DNA from: Alphaproteobacteria bacterium
GTDB taxonomy: Bacteria > Pseudomonadota > Alphaproteobacteria > CAAHEQ01 > UBA3637
Direction: 5' to 3'
Assembly (NCBI GenBank): GCA_017466695.1
Contig: JAFTTR010000002.1
Span: forward strand, 70,837 to 134,836
DNA length: 64,000 nucleotides
Under the pieces are notes generated by a model. It did no database searches and was not told where the DNA came from. It was given only the letters and a program-made list of their open reading frames with translations. This document shows positions 60,201-64,000 of the stretch, one piece after another. Within the stretch, counting starts at the first letter, position 1, and each line of letters starts with the position of its first letter. The translations under genes were made by a program, and so were the position numbers.

Positions 60201-61132
60201 TTTGAAAAGACGATATCTTTTTCATTATAAATTGCCCCACCATCACTTAACGACCAAGCATCATACGTTGTTTCACCTTTTTTAGAATCATAATAACGCC
60301 CTGTATGTATCCATTTTTGTGTAACAATATTATTTGAAAAAGAGCTTTCTCCTTCAAAATTAGCCAAGCCCTTATTAAAAAGAGCACCACCTTGCGCAGC
60401 AGCATTTGCGAAGTGGTTCGTTTCACCACCCGTTTTTGTTGTCCCTGCAATTACAATATTAGAATCAAATGCAGCCCTTGTATCTGATGACACCGTCAAT
60501 ACACCAGAGTTATAAACTGCTGCACCTTGAGAAAAAGTATCAAGGGCGTGTTCTGCCTCTTTCCAATGAGTTGCCGAATCAATTTTATTATTTTTAAAAG
60601 AAATACTTGTCCCTGTAAAAGAAGTATTCGCCCCATTATGCAAAGCACCACCATAAAATGCGGTTACATAATTTTCTTTAGGAGCCTCCCAAATAGTTCC
60701 ACCAGCATAACCTTCTAACGAAAGTATAAGTTCACCGTTTTCATCTACAATAACCCACGGATCTGTTGCTAACTCAGTCGTACCCCTTTGAATAAAGTGT
60801 GCATTTTGAAACGCCACTTCACCCATAAAATCCAAATCAACACTATTTGTTTTAAGCCATGTTTTATGATGTTTACCTTTTTTGATAAATTCCTGTCCTG
60901 GGTTAGGAATACTAAAACCAGAAGTAGAACTTTCAGCTCCTTCTGCACCCAACTCATGCATCCAAGTCCCGTCTAAAAGAGCTGTTCGAAGATCGGTACC
61001 ATCATTAATACCAATATTATTGGCTAAAACTTCACTTGGAAAACACACGGAACTTAATAAAAGGCTGGCAAATGCAAACCGTACAACAACCCCACTCAAT
61101 CCTAAACAAACGTTAGAACGATTATCCCCCAT
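57236..61132 (-). CDS. Large autotransporter (type Va) outer-membrane protein with Pmp-type GGA[ILV]/FxxN repeats in the passenger
   Basis: Signal peptide; repeated GGAIYN / GGALYN / GGAVYNE / GGAIFNKG and FKGN / FEGN / FSNN / FKNN motifs; Gly/Ser/Thr-rich linker; C-terminal ~280-aa beta-barrel ending ...NVKYHF. Confidence 0.8.
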   Translation of the reverse strand: MGDNRSNVCLGLSGVVVRFAFASLLLSSVCFPSEVLANNIGINDGTDLRTALLDGTWMHELGAEGAESSTSGFSIPNPGQEFIKKGKHHKTWLKTNSVDLDFMGEVAFQNAHFIQRGTTELATDPWVIVDENGELILSLEGYAGGTIWEAPKENYVTAFYGGALHNGANTSFTGTSISFKNNKIDSATHWKEAEHALDTFSQGAAVYNSGVLTVSSDTRAAFDSNIVIAGTTKTGGETNHFANAAAQGGALFNKGLANFEGESSFSNNIVTQKWIHTGRYYDSKKGETTYDAWSLSDGGAIYNEKDIVFSKSVTFVGNRAENGTSSRGGAIYNAGVDNYNVTGQLGSTEPVIPTIHFKGNASFAQNIATTKDFYAYGGGIANMKGHIVFDGITTFSANEAILEDEEEGLVVAGAGLYNLGRESSATFNGTTYFLNNKVKSYDAQSSGNGAGVYLSDGIINFNGGAVFAGNSIDAQANIKETDGTLTPGLSYGEGGAMQVLGTTAVATFKNDASFEGNSVVASSYAVGGALVNYGTTNFEGNSTIQFKGNSVKNMIAENDYSNEELLQNNIHFIQGRGGALYNAEGNTTFGTGTDVTFEGNKALSEKAKGYGGAVYNEVFANDTGRVNFYGTTTFKNNEATTGGGAIFNKGVMELGGKTTLTGNKAQLGGAIYNDAGALMTISGSNVAFKNNIAELGSNIYNLGTVNIQGVEDTMAIEYEPYTNTPYPSNAHTLLDQSGDIYNAGTLNINRSNLHLVGINTKQTTDKTIGTISITDSIVDLGLNTIYTDIFNVNNNSKVIAHVGENVNGQVVAGSNINISGQGTSLQVIVDIDELQKGESKEYQLFKVEPDANTPSTTGEGTTTSSTGISGAFSNIAENYLYTITEKEGEKGVYIVERGTGSGSSSNQNGSGSTSNPVVKPTNPHCPSGNCDNYNKEASDAWIDGGVIEENEEAQFVRTQLHALAQEKGLDSQDYQDAMNQITPDTSTLITAHANEVTRQISNAISKRFYSSIERSHYVYNGKVHYKAPRQTSNVWVDGIYGQSEYSGKNKWDMDTMGVAAGIEAKLTKTLKVGAMIAYTTGDGSTSSRDTEIETTAGAVYAEYSPSRFYANAFALYGSSKVKEERSVFSKKVESEFDVNIIAAQAIAGYKLGPVVFGNWVSGVISPEAGFRYVYAKQKEYTDTLGQTVEGTDSHTLTGVLGAKYTLGYRLSPSMWMYPELRAALTYDFITPTMDTNVVLLNGASYTYETEEMDRFGVEIGVKMGLEIDKRTEIGLEYEGLFKGDYTNHTGVANVKYHF

Positions 61133-61378
61133 AAATAGCCTCCTACATGCATATTTATCATAAAGTATACTTTTATACTTTTAGTATTATGAAAAGATAA
61201 AATAAATTGCAAGCGCTTTTTTTAATTTTTTTTATCTATTGAATCAAAAAAAAATCCTTATACGTATTCAACTTAAATAACCTATTCATATTATTATATT
61301 ATTTTAAATTAAAAAAAAGTCCTTTACATCAAAAAATAAACAAGCTAACATATCAAAAACAAACAAAGGAGTTAACAA

Positions 61379-61936
61379 ATGGTTAAAATTGCTATCTGGT
61401 GTCGTCATCAAGAAACTTCCATTATTGGAATGGGGCCCAATATCCCTTGGCATATTTCAAGTGATTTTAAAAGATTTAAACGTATCACACAAAATAAAGC
61501 CCTTCTCGTGGGGCAAACAACTTATGAAAGTTTCCCCAATCGAACACTCCCTAACCGTAAAATATATATCCTTTCTTTTGACAAGGATTATAAGGTTTCT
61601 GATCCTCAAAATCACATGCTTATTCCACTTGAAAGTGTCGCTGATATTCAAGAGGAACTTTATATCTCAGGAGGAGCTTCTATTTATAAACTCATGATGG
61701 ATAAAAGCATGCCAGATTTTATTGTAGATAGCGCTTATATGGGACAAATTGACCCCTCATTTAAAGGGGAACCTGTTACCATCTCAAGAAGCATTGAACT
61801 GATGCATCAAAATTATCAAAAAATCACGGATGATTTTATCCTCGATAACATCAACACCACCATTTGGGCAAAAAAGGGGCACCCCGTTGATGAAAAAATT
61901 CTTGAACATTTAAAGAATGCGATTTATAACTTCTAA
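61379..61936 (+). CDS. folA: Dihydrofolate reductase
   Basis: [34 protein letters not shown] (PWH...DxxxFK); [11 protein letters not shown]; [10 protein letters not shown]; [18 protein letters not shown]; upstream of thyA. Confidence 0.75.
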   Translation: MVKIAIWCRHQETSIIGMGPNIPWHISSDFKRFKRITQNKALLVGQTTYESFPNRTLPNRKIYILSFDKDYKVSDPQNHMLIPLESVADIQEELYISGGASIYKLMMDKSMPDFIVDSAYMGQIDPSFKGEPVTISRSIELMHQNYQKITDDFILDNINTTIWAKKGHPVDEKILEHLKNAIYNF

Positions 61937-61974
61937 GACTAAATAACACTATATATTATAAAAGGGAAAATATT

Positions 61975-62760
61975 ATGAAACAATATCTTGATTTATTAGA
62001 CCATGTGATGAAAACAGGCGTTGATAAGCCAAATCGTACTGGGATTGATACACGATCAATCTTTGGCGCTCAAATGCGTTTTGACTTATCCAAAGGCTTT
62101 CCCCTTGTAACGACAAAAAAAGTTCATTTAAAATCTATTATTCATGAACTTATTTGGTTGCTTTCTGGGAACACAAACATCAAATATTTGCAAGATAACA
62201 ATGTGCGTATTTGGAATGAATGGGCTGATGAAAATGGTAATCTAGGACCTGTCTATGGTGCACAATGGCGTAATTTTAATGGCGAAGGTATTGACCAAAT
62301 TAAAGATGTTGTTAATCGGCTCAAAACAAATCCAAATGATAGACGCATGATTGTGAGCGCTTGGAATCCAGCTCAAATTGATAAAATGGCCCTCCCCCCT
62401 TGTCATGCTTTCTTTCAATTTTATACTGCTAATGGGAAGCTATCTTGCCAGCTGTATCAACGCAGCTGCGATTTGTTTTTAGGCGTTCCTTTTAATATTG
62501 CTTCCTACTCGCTTTTAACCATGATGATGGCGCAAGTGACTGGTTTTGAACCTGGGGAATTTGTTCACACACTGGGCGATGCACACATTTATCATAACCA
62601 CTTTGAACAAGTCAACGAACAACTTACAAGAACGCCTTATGCCTTACCTCAAATGAAAATTAACCCTGATGTAAAGGATATTGACGCTTTCAAATACGAA
62701 GATTTTGAACTCCATGGCTATCAATCTCATCCAACACTTAAAGGAGTTGTGGCTGTTTAA
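61975..62760 (+). CDS. thyA: Thymidylate synthase (ThyA-type)
   Basis: [31 protein letters not shown]; catalytic [10 protein letters not shown]; 261 aa. Confidence 0.95.
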   Translation: MKQYLDLLDHVMKTGVDKPNRTGIDTRSIFGAQMRFDLSKGFPLVTTKKVHLKSIIHELIWLLSGNTNIKYLQDNNVRIWNEWADENGNLGPVYGAQWRNFNGEGIDQIKDVVNRLKTNPNDRRMIVSAWNPAQIDKMALPPCHAFFQFYTANGKLSCQLYQRSCDLFLGVPFNIASYSLLTMMMAQVTGFEPGEFVHTLGDAHIYHNHFEQVNEQLTRTPYALPQMKINPDVKDIDAFKYEDFELHGYQSHPTLKGVVAV

Positions 62761-62895
62761 AATAAGTTTTTCTTAAGCTCTACCCTGAGTGTTTTTTTTA
62801 AGCAGTTTATTCTAAAATTTTTAGGGCAATTTTGACTTAAACAAAAACTTTAATTTCAAGGAGCAACCCATTTAAAACAAAAAAGGATTTAATAA

Positions 62896-63093
62896 ATGTT
62901 AAGACATATTCTTCTGGCTGTTCTTATTTTAATGATTGTAAAGGGTTTTATGTATTTTTTCTTGGCAGATCACATCAAATATCTGGCACAAAAAATGGCA
63001 GATATCGACCCTTTGCAATATAAAATTTTTGGGTTGCTCCTCTTTTTTATGAGTTTTATTCTTTGGGTCGGTTGGTTAAGATATATGTTTTGA
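62896..63093 (+). CDS. Small hypothetical membrane protein (65 aa, two TM)
   Basis: Hydrophobic segments ILLAVLILMIV and FGLLLFFMSFILWVGW; no homology recognised. Confidence 0.3.
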   Translation: MLRHILLAVLILMIVKGFMYFFLADHIKYLAQKMADIDPLQYKIFGLLLFFMSFILWVGWLRYMF

Positions 63094-63159
63094 TTAAGAC
63101 CAACTGAAAATGCATTCAAACAAGGTTTTAACACTTCGCATGAATTGATGAGTCTTAAT

Positions 63160-63906
63160 TCACCGGAAGTTTGATCTTAAAAAATCCAATCCAACATTTA
63201 TATGTTTAATCAATCTCCCTTTTTGAATGAGTTTAAAATTTTTCATATGAGAGCTTGGTTTATCAACTTTTTCAATAGCCTGTAGCAACACACTTCTTAA
63301 AGCCTCTTTTTGAGCTAACTCCAAACGAGGGCCTGCTCCTCGCTCTTTTAACACACTCAAACATCTGGCTGCTGAAAGAATGGCTTTGGGCGAGCTTGTT
63401 TTATCAAGTATCTTCTCAAGCAACAAATCTCCAGCTGTTTTATCCTCATTGTTGCGATACCCCAGCATAACACCCTCACAAATAATGTAAGCTGCCACGT
63501 CAAAATGATTGTTTTTTATTGCCACATGAAGGGGTAGCTCTGGCATAGGCCGTGGCATATCGGAAAGAGCACCTCTCCTTGCCAAATACATCACAACGTT
63601 TAAGTGTCCATTTTTTGCAGCATGGTATAAAGGCGTTTGCCTTGAATAATTCATATCATCACGCCACTCATACTGCGTCTGATCAAAAGCTCTTAGCACG
63701 TCTACCTTCCCTGCTTCAGCTGCTTTTGAAAAAGGCGTATCCCCGGCAAAATTGGTTAACCCTGCTCTTGCATTATTTTTAAGCAAATCCTTCACCAGCT
63801 CAACATCTCCAGCTTCGGCTGCCCAATGGAGCAATGTATTTCCTTTCAAATCTTGACGATCCACATCAGCAATTCGAAATGTTCCATTCTTTTTTTCTTC
63901 TTTCAT
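63160..63906 (-). CDS. Ankyrin-repeat protein
   Basis: At least 4 ankyrin units (GNTLLHWAAEAGDVELVKDLLKNNA; DTPFSKAAEAGKVDVL; QTPLYHAAKNGHLNVVMYLARRGA; LPLHVAIKNNHFDVAAYII). Confidence 0.75.
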   Translation of the reverse strand: MKEEKKNGTFRIADVDRQDLKGNTLLHWAAEAGDVELVKDLLKNNARAGLTNFAGDTPFSKAAEAGKVDVLRAFDQTQYEWRDDMNYSRQTPLYHAAKNGHLNVVMYLARRGALSDMPRPMPELPLHVAIKNNHFDVAAYIICEGVMLGYRNNEDKTAGDLLLEKILDKTSSPKAILSAARCLSVLKERGAGPRLELAQKEALRSVLLQAIEKVDKPSSHMKNFKLIQKGRLIKHINVGLDFLRSNFR

Positions 63907-64000
63907 ATAACCTCTCTTATTCCATCGTTCTAACTTTTGTTGTTCCTATTAAGACCTCATCAGTCAAAAACATATTTTTTTTGTTTAATACAATCTTGGG

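Overview
This 64-kb window is gene-dense, AT-rich (roughly 35-40% GC by eye) and looks like core chromosome from a low-GC alphaproteobacterium. Alphaproteobacterial markers include gcrA, the short C-domain-only HprK followed by a Man-type EIIA and HPr/NPr, and the yqeY-dnaG-rpoD cluster. A complete elongasome is present (mreBCD, mrdA, rodA and a RodZ-like gene), which argues against Rhizobiales. Several eukaryote-like repeat proteins (ankyrin, Sel1, TPR), a Pmp-repeat autotransporter and a secreted transglutaminase-like protein suggest a host-associated lifestyle; this last point is inference. Housekeeping content includes lysS, rpsU, polA, accD, ihfB, efp, prmC-prfA, aspS, mfd, trkA, trmFO, folA-thyA and the lolCDE-type lipoprotein release genes. 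There are three tRNA genes (Gln-CUG, Arg-CCU, Met-CAU) and a four-gene tripartite efflux operon (TolC-like, HlyD-like, ABC ATPase, FtsX permease). I found no rRNA, no CRISPR array and no recognisable transposase, integrase or phage gene. The most unusual structures are at two tRNA loci. tRNA-Gln is followed by two tandem ~175-bp repeats, each re-using the tRNA 3' end and each ending in a GAAA-tetraloop terminator. tRNA-Met is followed by an array of degenerate or partial tRNA-Met copies, each with its own terminator, one split by a ~90-bp insert, next to a very AT-rich GT-A-like glycosyltransferase gene. Other candidates for uncharacterised biology are a small coiled-coil protein with a Cys/His-rich tail upstream of xseB, two adjacent orphan secreted/membrane proteins between nth and gcrA, and a divergent pair of a hypothetical gene with a secreted transglutaminase-like protease. 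A GC-rich 18-19-bp tandem repeat lies in the long convergent rpoD 3' intergenic region. All calls rest on the supplied translations and my reading of motifs; no database search was run.
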